Numbered from the stretch's first letter, positions 9,101 to 17,329 are shown. The stretch is DNA of 35,125 nt from Candidatus Heimdallarchaeota archaeon (GCA_019057375.1 DXJF01000074.1:1-35125); one strand, 5' to 3'. Program-made: numbers and translations. The notes: generated by a model not told the origin, from the letters alone.

Positions 9101-9250
9101 GTGAATCAACACGCACGTTATGAAACTTGGTTAAACTTGCCAGAAGGCGTTTAACTGTCGTTTGAGTGGGTCCCCTACACGTGCGGTGAGGGGAAGGAAT
9201 CGTTAGGAAGGAGGGTACCTGGAAGAGAAGCAATGTTATGAGCAGCATTA
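9101..9250 (-). ncRNA. Putative TnpB omega-RNA (reRNA) scaffold overlapping the tnpB 3' end; 5' boundary approximate
   Basis: Hairpin TCCCCT/AGGGGA (9171-9194), hairpin GTTAAAC-GCC/GGC-GTTTAAC (9130-9155), and a 7-bp complementarity between 9112-9118 and 9179-9185 (possible pseudoknot). The position matches known TnpB reRNAs. Confidence 0.6.
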
Positions 9251-11100
9251 TCGTGTGTGTTGACCTGTTGACCACATTTCTTACAAGGAGCAACATCATA
9301 TAGCCCTTTTTGACGAGTAAGTACCCCTCCACACCCATAATGAACGGTACTGGTGTGATAAGGACGAACGGATTCTAACTGGACATCATAGCCCAACTCC
9401 AAAGAAGCTAACCACACAGCCTTTTTGTAAATAAACAAACTGTCAGGCATGGTGTAAATTGCTTTAGCTAAAGCACCTTTGGTACCAGTGGGATCAACAG
9501 TTAAACGTTCAATCTTGAGTACTTGACACTTCTTTTTCACCATCACTGCAGCAAGAAAGTGGGGGAGAAGACGAGTGATTTCGCGAAGGATACGATGACG
9601 ACGAGTATAGACTCGATTGAGTTCGCCTTTGAGTTTACAACTACCTCGAGAGTTATACTCCTTTCGTTTACGGAGTAAACCTTTGTTAAGTTCGTCTAAG
9701 ACTTTCGTACTGAGATGCTCATACTGTGCAGCTAAATCTAGTAAATCTTGAGGGAGAGGGATAGGGGCGTTAAACGTAATCATGTATTGGCCTAATCGGT
9801 TAATATCTACTCCAAGGATGGATGTTTTCTTTGCAGAAATATTTCTTAGATAGTGGTGGAGAAGTCTAGTTGAACGGAAACAAGCATGCACTCCTTCTAG
9901 TACCACATCTACCCGAGGTTTGAACCTAGGCGCTTGTCCACTCGTTACTTGAAAGACTTTGATGTGAGCACCATTATTGAGATACTCTACTACTTTTGGT
10001 GGAAAATGAACTTGAGCAGTTAATTTTTGTTTTCCTTTACTTGGAAAACCGAGTTCGGTCCATCCTTGCTTCTGGATTTGTGCAGTCACTTCTTGGGCAT
10101 TCCCTTGGCGGGTGATAACATAGTTTTTATTCATTAATAATATGATTGGTAATCTTCCTTTCTTTTTTCGTTTAAATGGTGGAGGAACAACATTGGTTAT
10201 AGGTAGAACCTTGACTAACTGAGGGACACTCTGCATGTAATAATCAAAGAGTGTGAAAACGACTATTTGCCTAACGGCTGAAAAGAGTTTTCGGGAAGGT
10301 TTGCCTATTATTACTGCTAGTTGTTCAGCTAAGGTTTTGAGACTTTTCCATCGAGAAGCTTGAGGACTATTGATCCATGAGGTGAGAAAAGGGACAACAG
10401 TTGTTTGTTCTTTCTTTAAGAGCTTGAGTTTCTTCAGAAACGCTTGTTGATTCTTCGTCAGTTGTGGGAGGAGGGAAAATTCGTGCTGGTGGTAAAACAA
10501 CGCATCATCCAGAGCTTGCAAGACATCGCGTTGAGTAGAAGGGGGGAGAAGGGTGTTTAATTGGAGGAAATTGGAGGAATAGGTCATCTTATGCTTTTTT
10601 CTCCAGTAGGAATCGGTTTGGGATCGGGTACTAGTGAGGAGATTGATGATATACCTTCTTTTGAGTCGCCAAAAGTTTTCTAGACTCCGTTCAGTATACG
10701 ACGAACGACCAAAAATCAGCCATTCTATCAACTGTTGAGGGTTTTTTAGCAGAAAGTTGAATAAGCCTTGCACTTTCTTCTCCTTGTTTATTTTTCCTTT
10801 GATAGCGATGTGCAACCAATGGAAGGCACTTTCAGTAATATTCGAGCTTTTTCCCACTTTTTTGCAGAGTTGGCGGGTGAAGAATCCTTCTTTCGGATTG
10901 GTTCGAAACAGTTCCACCGCTTGTGTAATCACTTGAGGAGTGAGTAGCTTGTACTGTTGTTCTTCTAGTGATCTTATCCTTTGGTTAATCTCTTCTCGTT
11001 GGACTTGGCCTGCACAGTTGAGCACTACTTGATAGCTTCTCATCACTCCCTTTGAAGTAGGGGGGAGGAGTGTTGGTAGTTTGGTTGCGTATGTGACCAC
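9175..11100 (-). CDS. tnpB: Large TnpB/Cas12f-like RNA-guided RuvC protein (641 aa)
   Basis: RuvC-I ILGVDIN (D432), RuvC-II LKIERL (E531), zinc-finger region TSTVHYGCGG...CKKCG, and RuvC-III-like NTHDNAAHNI. GTG start. Confidence 0.88.
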   Translation of the reverse strand: MVTYATKLPTLLPPTSKGVMRSYQVVLNCAGQVQREEINQRIRSLEEQQYKLLTPQVITQAVELFRTNPKEGFFTRQLCKKVGKSSNITESAFHWLHIAIKGKINKEKKVQGLFNFLLKNPQQLIEWLIFGRSSYTERSLENFWRLKRRYIINLLTSTRSQTDSYWRKKHKMTYSSNFLQLNTLLPPSTQRDVLQALDDALFYHQHEFSLLPQLTKNQQAFLKKLKLLKKEQTTVVPFLTSWINSPQASRWKSLKTLAEQLAVIIGKPSRKLFSAVRQIVVFTLFDYYMQSVPQLVKVLPITNVVPPPFKRKKKGRLPIILLMNKNYVITRQGNAQEVTAQIQKQGWTELGFPSKGKQKLTAQVHFPPKVVEYLNNGAHIKVFQVTSGQAPRFKPRVDVVLEGVHACFRSTRLLHHYLRNISAKKTSILGVDINRLGQYMITFNAPIPLPQDLLDLAAQYEHLSTKVLDELNKGLLRKRKEYNSRGSCKLKGELNRVYTRRHRILREITRLLPHFLAAVMVKKKCQVLKIERLTVDPTGTKGALAKAIYTMPDSLFIYKKAVWLASLELGYDVQLESVRPYHTSTVHYGCGGVLTRQKGLYDVAPCKKCGQQVNTHDNAAHNIASLPGTLLPNDSFPSPHV

Positions 11101-11130
11101 TTTGTCTCACTAAGTATATCCTCAAAATGC

Positions 11131-11144
11131 TATTTAAACTCGAT
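11131..11144 (-). promoter_or_regulatory. Archaeal BRE/TATA promoter for tnpB
   Basis: The minus strand reads tcgagTTTAAATA about 30 nt upstream of the GTG start. Confidence 0.55.
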
Positions 11145-11172
11145 AAAATCCCTTGTTTTCTGGTGGTGCTTT

Positions 11173-11229
11173 TCACTCCTCAGTTGTGTATGGTTTATCA
11201 TGATCCTTGGTGACCTCATCAGAGAGTGA
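11173..11229 (-). ncRNA. Candidate box C/D sRNA (no target identified)
   Basis: 57 nt: TCACTC-tc-TGATGA ... CTGA-g-GAGTGA, i.e. box C, box D and a 6-bp terminal stem. The internal ATGA(TAA) could be D' or C'. Confidence 0.45.
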
Positions 11230-11387
11230 TTTAGGTCAGGCATGAAAGATTACTGTGTTATTCAAATAATTGATGAGATAGAAGAAGAAATAGCAATCAT
11301 TTAAAGCAATCCGAAAGCATTTCCCAAACGAAGTGTGAACGGGGTAGGAGGATACGTGATTTATCCAATAGAGTAAATATTCAACTG

Positions 11388-11431
11388 TAAGCGAGTCATC
11401 TGATAGTTGGTATGATGAGCTCTATAACTGA
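11388..11431 (+). ncRNA. Candidate box C/D sRNA core (guide-D'-C'-guide-D); 5' end and box C uncertain
   Basis: TAAGCGAGTCAT-CTGA-tagttggt-ATGATGA-gctctataa-CTGA. The first guide is near-complementary to LSU rRNA helix 69. Confidence 0.45.
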
Positions 11432-11538
11432 ACCCACAACATGACTAAAAATGACAAAAAAATCATAGATTCGCTTTCAAATCTTCAATATTCTATCTCA
11501 TCTCTAAATTTTTAAATCGACCCATTTGCTTATTTTTA

Positions 11539-13401
11539 ATGACTCGAGTAGCTGTGATTAATCAAGAGAAATGCAGACCTGATAAATGTGGGCATCTATG
11601 TTACAAAGTTTGTCCTTCTGTTCGAGCGGGAAGAGAAACAATTACTTTTGAACCCCCTAGCAACAAAGCTGTTATTCATGAACCATTATGCTCTGGGGTT
11701 GCAATTTGCGTTAAGAAATGTCCTTTCCATTGTATTACTGTTGTTAATCTTCCTGAAGAATTGGATAAAGAGGTTACACACAGATATGGAATAAATGGAT
11801 TTAAACTTCACAGATTACCAATGCCAAAAATAAGTAAAGTTATTGGTTTAGTAGGTCAAAACGGTTCTGGCAAAAGTACAACTCTCAATATTTTGCAAGG
11901 AAATTTACAACCAAATTTAGGAAGATTTGATCAACCACCAGATTGGGATGAAATTATAGAAAATTACAGAGGAACAGAAGCTCAATCTTATTTTGAAAAA
12001 TTAGCAAATGAAGAGTTAAAAATTATCCTCAAACCGCAAAATGTAGATAAATTACCTAGAGTTACAAAAGGAAATGTTTCTGATTTAATTTCAAAAGTTG
12101 ATGAACGTGGTTTAAAAGATGAAGTCAAGGAAATTTTCTCCTTAACCAAGGTTTGGGACAGAAATATTTCGAAATTGAGTGGGGGTGAACTACAAAAATT
12201 AGCAATTGCAGCTACTATAATTAGAGAAGCAGATGTATATCTCTTTGATGAACCGACCTCATATTTAGATGTTCATGAAAGAGTCAAGATAGCCCAATAC
12301 ATCAATGAAATGAAATCACCAAATCACACTCTTATTGTAGTTGAACACGATTTAGCTATGTTAGACTATCTGAGTGATCATGTACATATGTACTATGGAG
12401 ATGCTGGTGTTTACGGTATTGTAAGTCATCCATATTCAGTGAGAGAGGGTATCAATATCTTTCTAGATGGATATATTCCTTCAGAAAATATGCGTTTCAG
12501 AGCTGAACCAATTATCTTCAAAAAAGCCAGTCTCGAAGATAAAGTCACTTCTCAGAGATTAGCAATAAGATATGGTGACATGACTAAAAAATTTGATGTT
12601 TTTGAGCTTTCAGTTAAAGGTGGAGAACTCTACAAGGGAGAAGTAGTGGGAATCATTGGACCCAATGGAATTGGAAAAACAACTTTTGTAAAAATGCTAG
12701 CAGGCATTCTTGAACCTACAACAATATCTGAACCTACTGAATTATTAGTTCAGATGGCAACTAGAGACAAAGAAGCTAATGGTCTTCAAAAGAAGGATCA
12801 GGGTGGCGGAATCAATGAACAATTAAAAGTAAGCCATAAACCACAATATCTCTATACTGAGTCAGAACAAACCGTTGTAGATTATTTACGTGAAATTAAT
12901 CCCGTAATGTTAACAAGTGGTTGGCACAAATCAGAAATTATTGAACCTCTAAAGTTCTCTAAACTTCTAGATTCTAAATTGTGTGACCTTTCAGGAGGAG
13001 AACTTCAAAAAGTTTCAATTGCAGCATGTCTAGGGAGAAAAGCTCATTTGTATCTTCTAGATGAACCTTCAGCATATATCTCTTCTGAGGATAGAGTAAA
13101 TGTAGCAAAAGTAATTAAAAGAGTAGTTTCACATTATGAGATGGGATGTTTTGTTGTTGAACATGATATGATGATGTTGAATTTCTTCTCTGATCGTTTA
13201 ATGGTTTTTGATGGAATTTCTGGCATTGAAGGAAAAGCTATGAGAATCGCAAGAGTACAAGCTGGGATGAATACCTTTCTAAGAAAGATGGATATAACTT
13301 TCAGACAAGATCCCCGAACCCTTCGACCTAGAGTCAACAAAAAGGGTTCCCAACTAGATAAGAAGCAAAAATCTGAAGGAAATTACTTCATAGCAGCTTA
13401 G
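11539..13401 (+). CDS. rli: Ribosome recycling ATPase ABCE1/RLI
   Basis: N-terminal Fe-S domain CRPDKCGHLCYKVCP, two ABC domains (GQNGSGKST, LSGGELQK; GPNGIGKTT, LSGGELQK, LDEPSAY) and the C-terminal RPRVNK. Confidence 0.97.
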   Translation: MTRVAVINQEKCRPDKCGHLCYKVCPSVRAGRETITFEPPSNKAVIHEPLCSGVAICVKKCPFHCITVVNLPEELDKEVTHRYGINGFKLHRLPMPKISKVIGLVGQNGSGKSTTLNILQGNLQPNLGRFDQPPDWDEIIENYRGTEAQSYFEKLANEELKIILKPQNVDKLPRVTKGNVSDLISKVDERGLKDEVKEIFSLTKVWDRNISKLSGGELQKLAIAATIIREADVYLFDEPTSYLDVHERVKIAQYINEMKSPNHTLIVVEHDLAMLDYLSDHVHMYYGDAGVYGIVSHPYSVREGINIFLDGYIPSENMRFRAEPIIFKKASLEDKVTSQRLAIRYGDMTKKFDVFELSVKGGELYKGEVVGIIGPNGIGKTTFVKMLAGILEPTTISEPTELLVQMATRDKEANGLQKKDQGGGINEQLKVSHKPQYLYTESEQTVVDYLREINPVMLTSGWHKSEIIEPLKFSKLLDSKLCDLSGGELQKVSIAACLGRKAHLYLLDEPSAYISSEDRVNVAKVIKRVVSHYEMGCFVVEHDMMMLNFFSDRLMVFDGISGIEGKAMRIARVQAGMNTFLRKMDITFRQDPRTLRPRVNKKGSQLDKKQKSEGNYFIAA

Positions 13402-14300
13402 ATTTTGGTTTTTACATCAATAGTAATTTCCATTTCCTTATCTTTTAATAAAGATTTTTCCAACTCTAATTTCTTGAGATTGGCTAATCTTGCTCTATTT
13501 ATTTGCTCTGCTATTTGGAAAGTAATTTTTTCCTTAAATGAACTAAATCTAGTGGTTATCCACAAGAGTGGGATAAATGATTTAGGTCGAATCAAGTTGT
13601 TTTTCGGCTTAGTTATGAGCTGTGCAATATTCCTAGCAAGTTTGTCAACCTCACTTCCATTCACAAGTTTATCACTTAATCCAGATATTTTGTTAAATTC
13701 TGTTTTATATGGACCCGGTAAAACGGTTGAAACTGATACACCATAATTTTTGAGCTCTTGTCTTATACTATCACCAAATACTTTAACTGCAGATTTTGTT
13801 GCACAATAAACTGCAAAAGGATAAACGGGAAGCATCGCAAGGGATGAAGATATGTTGATAATGTTGCCTTCACCTTGTTGTTCCATAATAGGTACAACTG
13901 CATGTGTCATCTTAATTAAAGACAAAATATTTGTTTCTATTAATTGATCAATTTCTTCTTCAGGCTGCTCTAAAAACAGGTTTGCTTTTCCTACTCCTGC
14001 ATTATTTATTAGAACATCAATTCTTCCAAATGTCTTCAAAGTAAGATCTATAATCTTCATTCTGTCATCTCGATTTCTTACATCACCAACAATGGTTAAA
14101 GTTTTGATTGTATATTTTTTCAATAAACTTTCAGTATGCAGCAGCTTTTTCTTTCTTCTAGCAACAAGAACAAGCTTCGGTTTGTATTTGACTAGGGCTA
14201 GAGATACAGCCTTACCAATTCCTGAGGAGGCCCCAGTAATAATGATGACTTTGCTTTCATCAAAAAACGCGTTGTTAGAATATTGAGCTCTTTTTTGCAT
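13398..14300 (-). CDS. Classical short-chain dehydrogenase/reductase
   Basis: TGASSGIG, NNAG and YCATK (YxxxK) motifs. Confidence 0.93.
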   Translation of the reverse strand: MQKRAQYSNNAFFDESKVIIITGASSGIGKAVSLALVKYKPKLVLVARRKKKLLHTESLLKKYTIKTLTIVGDVRNRDDRMKIIDLTLKTFGRIDVLINNAGVGKANLFLEQPEEEIDQLIETNILSLIKMTHAVVPIMEQQGEGNIINISSSLAMLPVYPFAVYCATKSAVKVFGDSIRQELKNYGVSVSTVLPGPYKTEFNKISGLSDKLVNGSEVDKLARNIAQLITKPKNNLIRPKSFIPLLWITTRFSSFKEKITFQIAEQINRARLANLKKLELEKSLLKDKEMEITIDVKTKI

Positions 14301-14364
14301 AATATCAAGAATGCATCTAAATAATCTTATAAAAACTCAAAAAAAGAGAGAAGGAAGTTGAACC

Positions 14365-14802
14365 TTATTCTTCCTTCAAGTGATCAAACCACTCTGGAAG
14401 TTTAATTTCATCAACAGAAACGCTATCTCCAGGTAAATATGGCTTAATATCTAGTACAGGTGTTCCGTCAATTGCATCAATTCTATCTATGTACAGTTTG
14501 TTATTTTCTACCCTTAGTAGTCTGACTTTGGTCAAACCGATTGGATTAGGTCGTGTAGGACTTCTAGAAGAAAAAACTCCTGTTTCTATAGTAGTTCTTA
14601 ACTTTGGGGGTGTCGCTAGCATCTGAGATCTATCCTGAGGATTATCTCTCATAGATATCCACCACAAGACATAGATGTGACTAAACTTCTCAATATGACG
14701 TAAACCAGTAGTATACAGCTGAGATATCTCAATATAACATGCTTCTTTTTCTATTTTTACTACACCAATTTGATGAATTCCAAAAGATGTCATTATAACC
14801 AT
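14365..14802 (-). CDS. trmO: TrmO/TsaA-family tRNA m6t6A37 methyltransferase-like protein
   Basis: GVFSSRSPTRPNPIGLT and IDAIDGTPVLDIKPY. Confidence 0.88.
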   Translation of the reverse strand: MVIMTSFGIHQIGVVKIEKEACYIEISQLYTTGLRHIEKFSHIYVLWWISMRDNPQDRSQMLATPPKLRTTIETGVFSSRSPTRPNPIGLTKVRLLRVENNKLYIDRIDAIDGTPVLDIKPYLPGDSVSVDEIKLPEWFDHLKEE

Positions 14803-14864
14803 TCATCAATAGATTGTCCTTCTTTTTAATTTTTCTTTATCACTTAGTTCTAGAAATATGATAG

Positions 14865-15536
14865 CTAATCAAAAAAGAAATCTAAAGTATGTTTTTCTTT
14901 ACGTTGTTCAACAACCTTTTCATAAAATTTCTTTTCAATTTTCATGTGTGCTTTTTCTAACGCATATTTAGGAATAAATTTATGAAATAATTTAACATTC
15001 AATCTCTGTTCAAGGAACTGAGTCTCATAATAATTTTCCCAAAGAAAATCACCATCTTCTAAAAATATATCCTTAGGAAAATTATCTTTGATAGTTTCTT
15101 TTGCATATTCTCGCACATTGATTATGACTTCATTCTTTGAACTACTCCTAAACTGAGGAAATGTCGGAAGGTCTCTTCTATTTGTTGCTACAGAAAAAGT
15201 ACTCTCAGCGAAAACAATAACAACGAATTTATCAAATCTTCTAGCTAAGGACTTGGTTATCAAATAACAAGTATCATGTTTAGGATTACACTCTCCCACT
15301 AATACCATTTCTGAATAAGGTTTAAGCCGCATATAAGCTGATAGAAGATGTACTTCTCTTAGAACAGCATTTCCTCTTTTTTTGATTAGTTTTCCTAAAT
15401 CTGAACAACCCGTAGTGATCTCAAATGGTTTTGATTGCAATAAGAGTTTTGCTTTCTCAATTGAATTTTCATTGGAATCTTTGTGGTATCTTGCTGCTTG
15501 GACATATTCTTTTGCAGATAAATTACAAACAAACAA
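14865..15536 (-). CDS. DUF4130 (TIGR03915-like) putative DNA metabolism protein
   Basis: HLLSAYMRL...P.HD....RF and WENYYETQFLEQRLN..LF..FIPKY match the DUF4130 pattern. It is adjacent to its usual radical-SAM partner. Confidence 0.8.
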   Translation of the reverse strand: MFVCNLSAKEYVQAARYHKDSNENSIEKAKLLLQSKPFEITTGCSDLGKLIKKRGNAVLREVHLLSAYMRLKPYSEMVLVGECNPKHDTCYLITKSLARRFDKFVVIVFAESTFSVATNRRDLPTFPQFRSSSKNEVIINVREYAKETIKDNFPKDIFLEDGDFLWENYYETQFLEQRLNVKLFHKFIPKYALEKAHMKIEKKFYEKVVEQRKEKHTLDFFFD

Positions 15537-15541
15537 AACTT

Positions 15542-16717
15542 CTATACACCTCCTTGGGAATTTCCAAAATTATCCAGAGTAAGCTGTTTCTTTGAACCAA
15601 CTTTAAGAAATGGTAAAGCTCTTTTTAAAACAACACCAATTGATTTCAGTTGTTGGTTCTTAGTAAGTTTCACTCCTTGTTGTTGCAGTTTTAGAATTCT
15701 TGTAGCAGAAGTATGACCTATACCAGGTACTCTCATAAGTTCACTATAGGTTGCATTATTTACATCAATTGGGAAAAATTCAGCATTCATCCTTGCAAGA
15801 GTAACTTTTGGATCCATATTTAGAGGAATGAAACCATCATCGTTTATAACAGTCATAAGCTCTTCAGGTGAAAACTTATAGATTCTTCTTAACCAATCAA
15901 TCTGATATAATCTATGTTCTCTGAGGAAATAGGAACGAGGATATGATTGAGTTTTTTCCTCCAAAGGGAGGCAAGTAGAGTAATATTGCCTCCTGAAATC
16001 CCAATCATCGTTATAAAAATCGAATACAGTATCCAAAATTTCTTTATCGGTTTCTTCAGCTGCTCCGATTACATATTGAGTCGTGTATCCCGCAGGAATT
16101 TCTCCTTTCTTTCTCATTTCTGGGAGAAATTTAGTTACTTTTATTATATCAGAATAGAAGTCTTTAGTTGAACAAGTTTCACTGAAACGAGATTTGTTTG
16201 GCAATTCAACATTTATACTAACGCGGTCTGCTAATTCTGCGATTCTAAAAAGTTCATCCTTCCCAATACCTGGAAGAACTTTAGCATGAACATATCCATC
16301 AAATTGATATTTATTCCGCAAGACATGGAGAGCTTCATGTATTATTTCAGCTTGACAGTTTGCGCTTTTTCCTATTCCAGAACTTAAAAACAGTCCTTCA
16401 ATATAATTTCTTATGTAGAATCCAATTGTTAATTTTGCTAATTCTTCAGGCTCAAAGGAGGTAACTGAATGCTTGAATTGTTTTCTATTTTTCGTCGAGT
16501 TAATGCAATAAGCACAATCATGTATACACTGATTAGTAATTAATACTTTAAGTAAACTTATGCAACGGCCATCAGGAAGAAAAGAGTGGCAGATTCCTGT
16601 AGATACCGCTTTACCAATTGATCCTTGGGTATGTACTCGAGGAGAAGCTGTAGATGCACATAAATCATACTTAGCTGCTTCACCTAATATGCGTAATTTC
16701 TCCAAGATACTTGGCAA
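15542..16717 (-). CDS. Putative DNA modification/repair radical SAM protein with HhH (TIGR03916-like)
   Basis: KL.ILGEAAKYD, GICHSFLPDGRCISLLK, CIHDCAYC (CX3CX2C), YIEGLFLSSG, REHRLYQIDWLRRIY and the HhH motif LMRVPGIG. TTG start. Confidence 0.92.
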   Translation of the reverse strand: MPSILEKLRILGEAAKYDLCASTASPRVHTQGSIGKAVSTGICHSFLPDGRCISLLKVLITNQCIHDCAYCINSTKNRKQFKHSVTSFEPEELAKLTIGFYIRNYIEGLFLSSGIGKSANCQAEIIHEALHVLRNKYQFDGYVHAKVLPGIGKDELFRIAELADRVSINVELPNKSRFSETCSTKDFYSDIIKVTKFLPEMRKKGEIPAGYTTQYVIGAAEETDKEILDTVFDFYNDDWDFRRQYYSTCLPLEEKTQSYPRSYFLREHRLYQIDWLRRIYKFSPEELMTVINDDGFIPLNMDPKVTLARMNAEFFPIDVNNATYSELMRVPGIGHTSATRILKLQQQGVKLTKNQQLKSIGVVLKRALPFLKVGSKKQLTLDNFGNSQGGV

Positions 16718-16761
16718 TTTTATTCATAAAAAATAGAACTTTAGATATAAAAACCCCAAGC

Positions 16762-17196
16762 TTATTCTTTCTGTACAAACAAGCTTACAGTAGCCAAAAT
16801 CCATTTCAATAAAATAATTGAACCTAAAATAATCATAGCAATTTTATCACTTGTTATAATTGAATTGAGTATATTTGTTAAGTATAAAATAACAAATAGA
16901 ACAATCAAGGTACCTAGAAATATCGCTGATAAAGTAAATGGGCTCAACCACTTAAATTTCTTAAACAATGAAGCCCTGATTGGGTAAACCAATGCACACA
17001 TTGTAGTTCCTACAATTGCGAGAGCAATGAATGCAGATCTGTCATTGTTAACAAATGGGAAATTTCCACCTTTGAATACTGAAATAAGCAACCAGATTGC
17101 AAAACCTCCACCTACTGCTCCTAAAATTGCTGAAGTATATACAATAACGTAAGTAAAATCAAAGCTCTTGGTATCAGTTGATGCAGCCATGTACAA
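16762..17196 (-). CDS. Hypothetical membrane protein (~4 TM)
   Basis: Four hydrophobic segments with no recognisable family motif. Confidence 0.7.
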   Translation of the reverse strand: MYMAASTDTKSFDFTYVIVYTSAILGAVGGGFAIWLLISVFKGGNFPFVNNDRSAFIALAIVGTTMCALVYPIRASLFKKFKWLSPFTLSAIFLGTLIVLFVILYLTNILNSIITSDKIAMIILGSIILLKWILATVSLFVQKE

Positions 17197-17329
17197 TCAT
17201 AATAAGAGGGGATATGTTCTTTATATATTCTTTTAATAAAAAATCATCAAAATCACAACTTTTAAAACTAATTCTTTGTTTGGGAACATACCGACGAGAT
17301 GTCCACCCGGGAATCGTTAGGTGATTATC

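Larger units (their letters stand above)
9101..11140 (-). mobile_element. IS200/IS605-like (IS1341-type, tnpA-less) element carrying a large tnpB; left end uncertain
   Basis: Composition switches sharply from AT-rich to more GC-rich at 9100/9101. The minus-strand end reads ...GATTCAC followed by AT-rich flank. Subterminal hairpins are present and there is a single tnpB-like ORF. Confidence 0.7.

Noticed and set aside
11242-11376. Short frame MKDYCVIQIIDEIEEEIAII*SNPKAFPKR..., faintly like a ParE/RelE toxin fragment
   Set aside because: Only about 44 codons with an internal stop. The resemblance is too weak, and the region is better explained by structured RNA.
8939-11538. CRISPR array or cas genes that would make the RuvC protein a true Cas12
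   Set aside because: I saw no regularly spaced direct repeats in either flank or elsewhere in the window.
11101-11538. tnpA (Y1 or serine transposase) upstream of tnpB
   Set aside because: All frames close quickly, and there is no HuH or serine-recombinase motif.
13398-13401. 4-bp convergent stop overlaps (rli/SDR, and tfb/hypothetical at 30269-30272)
   Set aside because: Common in compact archaeal genomes and not evidence of a functional link.
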